A stretch of 64,000 nt of DNA from assembly GCA_002104905.1 (NCBI GenBank), contig MCFE01000055.1, positions 62,001 to 126,000 on the forward strand, in the 5' to 3' direction. The position numbers were made by a program, and so were the translations under genes. Source of the DNA: Basidiobolus meristosporus CBS 931.73 (lineage: Eukaryota; Fungi; Basidiobolomycota). Numbering within the stretch: position 1 is the stretch's first letter; each line of letters starts with the position of its first letter. Positions 54,253 to 64,000 of the stretch are shown here, one piece after another. Below the pieces are notes generated by a model. The model was not told the DNA's origin. It saw only the letters and a program-made list of their open reading frames with translations, and made no database searches.

Positions 54253-55001
54253 GAAGAACCTCAAACCTTCCTTATAACGAGATATGTTTGATCAATCGAT
54301 ATTCTCGAGTCTATCAGACCAGCCGACGGCTACGCTTGAATTTCTACATTTGGTCCGTCGCGCCCTTCCTTTGCTACTATCGTAGCATAATGTTATATTC
54401 TCCTAGTTTAGTCGTAGATGGAGGCCCGGAGAAATCCCCTCAAGATTAAGTTTTAATATTTCCAAATCGAAGAAGTCACCTTCATTTGATTCAAATGTAC
54501 ATCAAGAAACCAACGCACAAAAGCTTTTAGAGTATTGTATAATAATTTGATTTGACGAAAGTCACAGTAAATAGTATGAAATAAGGCTTCGCATCATACC
54601 TCATTTTAGTTGGACAAAGGATTTGGGAAAGCCACAAGGTGATCCATTGGTCAAGGGCCAGGAATTTAGATACGGCTCAGGATACCTACTACTAGAGAGA
54701 GTTGGTGTTATGTATTGGGTGGAGGACGCTAGTGCTAAAAAAAATGTCAAGTAGTATCAATCGTGGTAGCCTTTTAGGGCTATCTACACCATCTTGTAAC
54801 AGTAGCAAAAGGAATGACCGCCTGTTTATGTGTTAGCATGAACAGAACTAGCTCCACAATAACTCAATGAGGAACTCTGTGGAATACCTACTTTGACCAT
54901 TTTTTTATGCACGCCCAAGCCTGGCAGTAGAATAGGGTCATGAGTGAAGGGTGTGGCTTCAGCCTAATAATTTCATCGAGATGCTTGCGCCTTCTTGTCA
55001 T

Positions 55002-55616
55002 AAAAACAAATATATTGATCCGAATATCAAGGAAATATTCATACTCTTCTATTCTATCAGATAAATTTCAGTTGCATTAAAATAGAAAGGTAAATGGGCG
55101 CAAATCACGAATGTAACGCCCAGCGAATATACGATACAGTAAATATTATTCCAACTCCCCGAACTTTGAATCGCGACCTTGGATAATAGTTCAGTGAGTG
55201 GCTCAAAGTTTCAAGAACATTAGTTAATTGTGCAACATCCTCCTTTAAGGACACACCGCGATCTTCCATAAATTGCAAGATTTTGGAGGAGCCAGTGTAT
55301 CCGGGAGAATCGATATAATAGAACTTACAGTGATATTTGATGCTGGTTTCTAACGTTGTTGACTTGTCTGTCGATGCATTCTGCCGTAGGAAAGCCATTG
55401 AGCAGTAGTCGCTAAATTTAGGATCCTCGGTGTAAGCTTGTATTGTGGCGAGTGGTAAAAGGTTTGATTAAACCCCTCTTCGTTATTTAAGATTGTCACA
55501 GGCCCGCTTGCAAAGTAGTTCAGTGGATACAGCGTCCATTGAAGGCTTCAACGAGGGATATTCCACCAGGAATTTATCCAACACAAGTCTCCGAGCACAT
55601 AAAGATCGTATTGAAG
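55002..55616 (-). pseudogene. Septin-like P-loop GTPase relic
   Basis: Ordered, frameshifted motifs: YDLYVLGD.CVG*(K) (G1-like, 55571-55616), FYYIDSPGY (G3-like, 55297-55320) and DIRINIFVF (akin to septin DxRVH.CLYF, 55002-55028). Confidence 0.4.
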
Positions 55617-57227
55617 ACCAAAATATTTGGGGTAGGTCATGGATTTAGACCATTCATGACGAGGGCATTCTCAGTCCATGAATTAATTCGTGAATAACCA
55701 CAAACAATAAATCACTCTGACCCCGTGACGCTAACTCATCTAAATTTGCCATTTACAAATTAGCGATATGGGTAGGGAGATCGCCTGATTTGGCATATTA
55801 ACCTTAAACCAGAAATCCACGTCAGAATTAAATGAGGCAATGATGTCAGTTGTACCGAATTTTGGATTCTTTTTATATCCTCTTGAATGAAGTAATGATT
55901 GTTTGAGCAGGCCCGGCGCCCCCTTTTGTAAATTTATTAATATATTAGAATTAAATCGACCTGATCTGGATGAGTATTATACCTAGAATACAAAAGTTGT
56001 TGTTGCATCCTCGAAACTCTTTGTGAATGGAAATAAATGAGGCGTTGATCACCCCGCGAAATACCGCAACATTCGAAATGATTTGAAAAGTAGCGCCAAA
56101 AACAGCTTTCACTGTTTCCATTTCTGGGGTTTGGCGTTGTATTGGAGCTAGCGCTTCACGGTTGGTTCGCCAGGATACAAAACAAGTTCGTCATTTTCTT
56201 ACCAGTATACTTTAGTTTGCATTCCACGCGAACCTTATGGCCTTTCTACCAAGTCTTGAGTGGTTATGGCATGTTTGTAAAAACTTGAGGCGTGTTGTGT
56301 AATTCAGTCTACAACAAACCCGGCGAAGGATAGAAAAGCGAATGCCGATAGCAAATCGGAGAATATCGTGCGCACCAATAGAGAGGCAATTGAACTTTAC
56401 AAATGCAACTGGACTTTTACTTGTTGCAAACGTAGGGAAGGAACTGTGGTGGAACGAATTATTTATAAGTAACGTTCACAGCACAGATCTCATTCAGGGC
56501 GATCACTCACGGTATTACTGGACTCTTTCACTTTGGGTATTTTCTGGATACTATTTTGCGGTAAACAGTAGAGCTAGTGGATGCAAAGTCAGCCTCACAC
56601 CTGATAGGATTGAGCTATCGAACCGAAACTATATGACAATAGGCCTCCATATTTTAAATAACTAGTCCATTGGCCAGGACTTTCTGGAGGTTGTATGGCC
56701 TGGTAGTGGAACCATATCTTGAACATAGCAGATACTCGTAATTGTGGATGGTTGTCAAGAGGCCTCCATCAGTTATCTTGTGTAACTATCCATGTTTACT
56801 CCTTTACTGTTGGTGCAATCCATATTTGCACGATGCTAAATATAACGAGCAGGGAACTATTTCAGCAAATGCTAAAAATATGTTTCGGGATACCCGAAGT
56901 GGAATTATTGAATAAGAATCTCATTAAGAGTTTGGCGTTTGAGTGTTACCTAATGACCAACAATTAACCAGAATTTTCTCATTCAAGTTTTAGGATCTTT
57001 TACAGTTCTTGGATCTCCTTCAATTAATCACTCCTTACGTGCCAATCAATCAGCTATTCTTAAATTAATAGAATGGAGTATACTTTCTTAAGGACATGTA
57101 AGAGGCCTTTCTCCGGTACCTACTTAAATCGGATTTGTTCTAATTTTGGGTCCTATTCCGTAACCAAGCACTGTTTTTTTATAAACCTCCAGGACGACAC
57201 TCAAATCCGTCTTGTCTTCACCTAACC

Positions 57228-58254
57228 ATGTCAAATTATTTTAATGAGCCACTGCTAACTTCTGAAGAGGGCTCTTTCAAAGCGCAAAAAACTAGGAGCC
57301 CTCGTTCCCCAAGATTTCTCTTCGTCCTACTCATAGTGTTATTTACCTGTGGTGTATTCTATATCGGCTTTTACCACACAAAAGGGGTAAGTCCGCAGTT
57401 GGCTTTTCTTGCTGGTAAGCATTTTATGTTTCATTTTTGGAGATTTAAACCGACCCACTAAATCTATACTAGAAACCACTGAATATCAGTACACCATTGT
57501 GACTGCAGCCAGCGCAAATCACTTTTGCCCCCTTCAAAGTTATCTCTATACTCTTCAAGACACTCTTCGGTTCATGCCGTTATCACAGCAGCCAAGGATT
57601 GTTGTGTATGACTTGGGAATAGGCGACGGGCAGAGAGTGACGCTCAAAGAATTCCAGAAGCAAGGTTATTTCCACGAGCTGATTCCTTTTGACTACACCG
57701 AGTATCCATCTTTCTGGAATGTTCATATCAACAGAGGTGAATATGGTTGGAAAACCGGAATCATATATGAAGCGGCGCAGCGTTATCCTGGTGTAATCCT
57801 CTGGATGGATTCTGGTGATCGTGCCTTCCCCCACTTCCTCTTGGATGTAGTGAACTATGTGAAGAAGTTCGGTGTCTTCAGTCCACCCAGTAAAGGAACC
57901 ATTCCTGACTTTACCCATCCTGGGATGATAGAGTATTTCTCGGACTCTATGGAGCATTACACCAAGTTTGTCAACTGCAATGGTGCCTTTATTGCTTTCG
58001 ACTCGGAGAATTCAACCGTTATGAATAACGTTATCCGACCATGGGCTCAGTGTGGCCTTATTAAAGACTGTATCGCCCCAGTTGGCTCTAGTAGGGCCAA
58101 CCATCGACAAGACCAGGCAGTATTCACCTATCTCATGGCAAAGAGCGGATTCCAATGTCGTTTCGACGGACTCACAGGGTTGTTGACCCATCTTGATAAG
58201 GACTGCAAAATTCAAATTGAGAACCATTTGAAGCGAAAACAACAGACGTATTGA
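57228..58254 (+). CDS. Type II membrane protein with DUF1647-like / glycosyltransferase-like luminal domain
   Basis: N-terminal signal-anchor FLFVLLIVLFTCGVFYIGFY and one intron (~57388-57472). Motifs TIVTAASANHF, IVVYDLGI, FDYTEYP.F, YGWK..II, ILWMDSG, C....CIAP.GS and HRQDQAV follow. Confidence 0.75.
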
Positions 58255-58640
58255 GTACTTCACCCATCCGCCGCACCAATGAATTCTCTGTAAATAGCAC
58301 TAATTTAAGTGAGCCCTCTTGCCCTTCAACCACACCTCGTTTAGATAACTTTTTCTTTACAACCTTCACTACTGCATCTTATTGTAGCTTAATTATAACT
58401 TGAAATATACATCAGTTTAGATGAAACTCCCAAATCAACATTGTGGCTTCATTTGAGTGTTTGAGATAGCATCACACATTATATATATGTCTATTAAGTA
58501 ATCTAATCAAATGAATGCAAACCTGATGGATATCAATGACCAATACATGGTGGAAAAGAGGAAACCAATGATCTAGAATATAGTTGTGATGGATCAAGTT
58601 GTGTAGAAAGGAAAGACGAAGTTCAGGATTGGTCAAGGCC

Positions 58641-60310
58641 TCATTGCTCCTCTACTTGTGCGCGCATTGTTTTCATCTCTCCAGCAGAGATATCTAGTAT
58701 TCCTGCCATTTCAAGGATTTGACGGCTCTGGTTTTTGTTTGCGAGATTTACATCTCCACGTCGATTCGCTTCCTTCTCCTCAAATTGCCATTCTCTATTT
58801 TGCTGTCTCTTTGCCTGTTCTCCACCTAGACCTATGACCTCTACTTCGAGTATGTCGAACTCCACTTGGAAGTCGGGCCGGGAGTATGATATGGCGTATG
58901 TCATGTTTTCCAAAAGTGGATCATTTACGAGCCTTCCTGTTTGGAAGGTGTTGTCAAGGTAAAGCTGATGCTGCCCAATTTTGCCTCCAAATCCAATACC
59001 GTGTGATGGACTACAGTGCACGTGCGAATTATTGGAGTGGTTCGAGGGAAATACTTCAAACTGCGGAGACAGTTCAAAGAGCTGACACTCGCTCGTACCC
59101 CAAAATTGCCTCGAGAAACGCCATGGCTCATCTACGTAAGCACCGAGTATCATTTCATCACCCTTGTTGATATCGACTTTGAATGATCCCTGTATCTTCG
59201 TCACAATAACCTTCACTAGTAGAAGGGTTGGGCCGGGATATTTGAACACCTTTGTCTCGAAGCGGTTCATACTGTATCCGTGTTCTGACCCATTGTATAG
59301 AGTATGCCAACCGGCTCCATGAACCACTGACGAAGGAAGGAAGGACGTGAGTATACAGGCATTTCCGAGCCTCAGAATCTCCGATGAGAAGTTGAAGTTG
59401 GGTAGGATCTCCTTATCCCCAAATATGTGGCGTCCAACTCTAGGCCCTTCAGCCTCACCAAGGTAAAATTTGGCGTAGATGTACGCTCTCCATACCATCA
59501 AAATCCTTGGGATGTTCCGTTTCACAAAATACTGAAATACAGCTAGGCTGATCATTTCATCCGAGGAAAACCCATTGAAATTGTTGTTGTCGCCATTTGC
59601 TTTTCGCTGGTAAATAGCCATTTGCGTCAATATCAGATCTAATACTGGTTCGTTTGGTGGAACAGCGACTGGTGGATGGGGTTGGTCTCCAGAGAGCATG
59701 TCTTGTAGCAAATTGGCGAAATAAGTTTTCATCACCCAAAAGGTACCTGCGAAAACATCATAGATTTTCCCACAAGAAACCTGAATCTCTTCTCCCGCTG
59801 AAGGCTCTGCTAAAGACTCGAAAAACACCTTCATTCTTTCGCTACATCCACTGAAAAACATCGGGTTTTGCTCACAGTAAAATACTGTCGAGGTTTTCAA
59901 ACACTCGTATGTCAACCCAGGAGTATCTTGCAGCTGTTTACCGTTTATGATTCTTGGAAGCCTACAGAAAGGGCCGTACAATATATGGGGCAGATTCAAT
60001 TCCTTAGGTAGGCCGACGTACACCTAATTTGGGAGGATAAGCAAGGTAAAAAGGTTGCCTTGAAAACTGCCGATAAAGACGTCAAGGTTCGTTGACTTTC
60101 GCTTACCTGGAAAGTTTCTTCGGGTATGATGTCAACATTATTCACGTTCTTCTTCAAACTTTGAAAAACTTTCGTTAGGGTCTCAAGTTCGATTGGAGTT
60201 AAGGTGTCACCAGAAGTGCAAGCTAATCTGCCACATTGGTTAGATGATTGACACTCAGGAAGCTTCTTCTTCGAGCGCTTATTGCTTTTTGAGGAATGAC
60301 TATTTCCCAT
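58641..60310 (-). CDS. RTC5: Rtc5/MEAK7-like TLDc-domain protein, probably N-myristoylated
   Basis: Starts MGNSHS with one intron (~60027-60108). TLDc motifs WHTLYNGSEHGYSMNRFE.KVFKYPGPTLLLV, GAYVDEPW, FWGT.ECQLFELSP, GIGFG, LYLDN and F.I.EVEVIGLGG are present. Confidence 0.92.
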
Positions 60311-60632
60311 GCCAGATGACCCAGTTTACAAACGAAAGTAGTTGAAATATAGCAGTGCAGGTTCATGGCAGTAAACAATATGACCCAGAAGTGTATACAT
60401 ATATATGGATCTGTACATTTACAAACCCAGCTACCAAACTTGGTCTATCTTGATCATTTTGGCTAAAGGTAGACAATTGCGTAATCTATCGTATGATAGC
60501 TTGAGGATGTCGATCATTTATTATTGAAAAAACTACTCTATACAACACTACACATGGGGTATCGAGAAACATAACTTCAAAAGCAGTCAGGATATTTACA
60601 CACTTGACAAACAAAAGTCATTGACTGTCACA

Positions 60633-62961
60633 TCACTTGAACCATATTGACCCAGATCCCAATATATTAGTGTCCTCTTCGTATTCATAGCGATAGGTGA
60701 ATATCTCGTTGTTCACTGACTCTCGTTCCGTTGCTCCTGTCCATAGGGCACCTTCACCAAAGTAATCACTCACGTCTATATCGTTGCCAAAATTCGATGG
60801 TGCACCATTATTAGAGACGGGTATGAGATTAAAGTTTGTAGTGTTTAGCTCAGTAGTTGCTCCAATTAAATCGGTATTGGGTGAAAGCGAAGAAATGGCT
60901 GGTGTATGAAATGGAAGCATATCAGGCGATACGACAAATGAGGAGATGGTCTCTGGTGAAGCTACAAGGTTGCTTGAAGAGTTGGTATACTGTAATGAGT
61001 CTAATTGTCGAATTATTTGCGAATTAAATGTATTGTAATGAATATCGGGATTTTCAACAAGAGGGATTGTAGCGAAATCAATTATATTCGTACTCGCGGT
61101 AGTGACATCCGGAAAAGATGGCTTCGGGTTTGCTTGAGTTAGTATTGGTTGAAGACCTTGAAACTGCTGAAGGTCAATTGGGCTTGGGGTTGATGCGGCT
61201 GTTGCACTCTTCAACTCCGTCATCCGATTCAATATATAAAGTGACTGTGAACCACAAGATGTATCGTGGCGGTAACTGAGGTCATTTCCATTGATATCAT
61301 TAGAAGGTCGACGAGGCCGTTTGTTTGAGAGGGTTTGGCCAAATGAAGATTGACTTGGTTTGTTAGCACTTTCCACTTCAAACACATTTGGAGCTAGATT
61401 TGGCCTTAATTCGTAAGTGTTGTCCGTAACTGATGTCTTGCTATTTCCAGATTCAATATCCTTGACACTGTTGTTATCCTGGGTTCTTGATGTGCTTTCA
61501 CTTGTTGGATTTCCCTTATTCTCTTTGATTGGGTTACGGTTTCGTTTTTTAATCACATCCTTTTTCAGGCTAAGAGGTCGAACAATCCCATGAAGTTTCA
61601 GGAATAAGCCACACGCATTACATAGCGGCTGTCCTCCTTGAGGGTTGCGTCTCCACAGAGGAGTTTTAGTTGTTTTACAGTTAGAACAGCTTGGAATTTC
61701 ACCGCTATTTAATTGTAAACCATTCCGCTTTGGCTTGCTATCTGCTTTTGCAACTGAATTGTTAAGTCCGCATGTAAGAGTCTGTTGGTCATGCACTGTG
61801 CTTCTTGGTGGCTCTAGAGGGTCTTCAGCTATTTGAATGGAGGGAAACGCTCTTACCACCTGAACGGACGAAGTGTTCGCATTCGTGTTAGACTCAAAGG
61901 TGAAACCTTTCAAACCTGAGAGGCCTTGTGAGCAGGGATGCATGTGAGAAGATTTCTGATGGTTGTCTAGGCGTTGAGTACTGCCAAATGTGTCTGCCTC
62001 CATAGCATTCAAAAACTCAAAGTCTGCCTGGCTATTGAGTCCAATATAGTATGATGTTGTAGGTCCGGGTGCAGAGCTCAGACCGTGGGTTGTAAAGTTC
62101 AAATCTTCGACGATTGATGGTGTAGCATTGCAACCAACCATATTTGCTATTGACGATGTGCTACCCTCAGAGACTACAGAAGCAGCGTTTGAAGTTCCTA
62201 TATCAGAAGTGTCTTTCATAAAGTTGACATTCCAAGGATTATTTTGGGCTTTGGTAGAGGTAGCTACAGGGGTGCTCTTTGGTTCAGGCTTCGTGAGGTT
62301 CTGTTCATAGCACATGGCAGAGTGTTAAATCGAATTGTGGATAGTATTTGAATGGAAATTATCATACCAAGATGCCTTTGCTTGTCAATTGACTGTGCTT
62401 ACTTGTAGTTGTATTGGAATCCAGAGTAATTACTGTTGAATTAGCCAGTTCGTCGAGGTGTTTAATTTGTATATAGTCATTCGATGGATACTCCTCTAGT
62501 TTAATGTCTGGTGTCGTTTTATCTCCAATGGGGTCATTATCAGGTGCTATGAAAAGGGAGTCTGTAGATTCTTGTGGGGTAATGTACATCTTTTTCATTT
62601 CGGTAGAATGCGGGGTAGCGGATCTGCTTCTTGGTGTCTCGTCCTTCTGATTTTTCAAAGTCATGGCCATCATTCTCCAAGTGATATTTTCTAAGCGTTC
62701 ACCATGCTCCAAGTTATCTTTGGCTTTCGAATATAACCTCCATATCTCAGTTGCAAACGGATATTTTCCGTGTTTCTCATCAGGTTCTTCTCTTGTGGCG
62801 GCTGAGTCTCTTGGTAGGAATAGGGTTGTTGATAATATCGAGGAATGGATACCTGAAATCGAAGGAGTACCTCCACGAGTTTGTGGAGGACTCTCAGGTG
62901 GAGAATGCAATTCCAAACTCCCCGACATTGCGTAAAAGGCGTTCTGGGCTTTGGGGGACAA
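60633..62961 (-). CDS. areA: AreA/Gat1-like nitrogen regulatory GATA factor (DUF1752-type N-terminal motif + GATA finger)
   Basis: Exon 1 has [34 protein letters not shown]. An in-phase intron spans ~62367-62301. The finger is [51 protein letters not shown]. Confidence 0.9.
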
Positions 62962-63489
62962 ATAAGCAAGTCGTCGTTAGAATAGCAGTTGCGAAAAATA
63001 GTAATCCAGAATGAGAAGCCTTGAAAGATAGACCTAATATGAGGCAAATAAAGTATTTATTTGTCAAATGATACCATTGATGTCGAGTACTGAATCAATG
63101 GTTCTAAAATAATTAGAAGTATAATAGACAAAAATTAACCGAAAAATTTCATGATTAACTGATATGCTCACCCATGTGACAGTCCGAATATCTTGACTGG
63201 ATAGCACTAGATATTTACGTTAGGCTATTTGGTCTCAGGACTCCCGTGTCACGACGAAGAATAGATGAAGAGTGTTTATGTCTAAGTGGATGACTTGGAA
63301 TAATAGCATCAGGCCTTTGAAATTAAGCCACCACTATGGCAAATGAGTTTGATTCCTATTTCTAGATTGAATGGTCATAGGCATATGTTCAAAACCCTGT
63401 ATTTAGATGAACAAGGCGATCTTGTGATCCGAAGTATCTTAGTAAATCTTGTACCATGAATGTTTATCATGAGTGCGTGAAGTAGTCAA

Positions 63490-63876
63490 ATGCTCAACGC
63501 TCCAATATTGTTGGCTGTTTCCCACAAAGCCTTACAACTATGTCAAAGAGGTGGACTTCCATTACAGAGTGCCATTTCGACTGATCATAGCTACCATTAT
63601 GACTTCAGCTACAGTGGTATCTATTGCAACCCTGCCGGGACCTGCTTGGGAACAGTGGAAGTAGTCAAGGCAGAATCTGCATACATTCTTTGCCTGGAGC
63701 TCAGAAAAGGCCTAGGCAGCACTGAACTGGAGATTCTAGAAAAACTGGTTCCTGCCAACGTATTAGACAAAATTGGGTTGGTGGGAACCTCAGCCAGGAG
63801 ATTAGGAAAGGTCCAAAGCCGTTCCGGCTCTAAAGATGTGATGGTCGGGCTACAAGAGTTGCTAGTCTTTGAATAA
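63490..63876 (+). CDS. Hypothetical 128-aa ORF, no recognised domain
   Basis: An ATG-initiated ORF in an otherwise gene-free end of the window. No motif recognised; it could be a relic or non-coding. Confidence 0.2.
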   Translation: MLNAPILLAVSHKALQLCQRGGLPLQSAISTDHSYHYDFSYSGIYCNPAGTCLGTVEVVKAESAYILCLELRKGLGSTELEILEKLVPANVLDKIGLVGTSARRLGKVQSRSGSKDVMVGLQELLVFE

Positions 63877-64000
63877 TCTCGCTTTCAATGTAGAAATATT
63901 CAACTTCCATTTTTCCAGCTGCTGTACTATTTTTTTAGAGTAAGCGAATCAGTGCATTTTGGTATCTTCACTGATTCATTCCATGGATATTTGATTATTT

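Overview
Eukaryotic nuclear DNA, almost certainly fungal. It is AT-rich (roughly 40% GC by eye), uses the standard code (TAA, TAG and TGA all end genes) and has many short GT-AG introns, so the ORF track shows most genes only as fragments. The gene style suggests an early-diverging, non-Dikarya fungus (inference). I reconstructed 23 apparently intact genes by hand: a Crh-type GH16 chitin transglycosylase, a DDT/WHIM ISWI subunit, CreA/Mig1, a 5-exon mitochondrial-type protein absent from the ORF track, RPN9, two ERG3 paralogues, ERG1, SNF12/SMARCD, isovaleryl-CoA dehydrogenase, BET1, a UBA+LRR PP1-regulator-like protein, PRO1, an NDP-glucose 4,6-dehydratase, two AreA-like GATA factors, RPL37, a DCAF8-like WD40, DNAJB12/HLJ1, METTL25-like, an FN2-TM-SH3 protein, a DUF1647-like type II membrane protein and RTC5/TLDc. 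I recognised no tRNA, rRNA, CRISPR array or intact transposon. The leads most worth following are: (1) a fungal single-pass receptor with an animal-like fibronectin type II ectodomain and cytoplasmic SH3; (2) an ERG3-ERG1...IVD-ERG3 sterol/leucine neighbourhood; (3) two AreA-type fingers sharing an atypical 18-residue loop; (4) a structured C/D-snoRNA-like element in the RPL37 intron; (5) a UBA-bearing PP1 regulator; (6) decayed signalling-domain relics (PH, LRR, RING, C2, 7TM, septin-like) between the intact genes. All domain calls come from motif recognition by eye; no database searches were run, and exon boundaries need RNA-seq confirmation.
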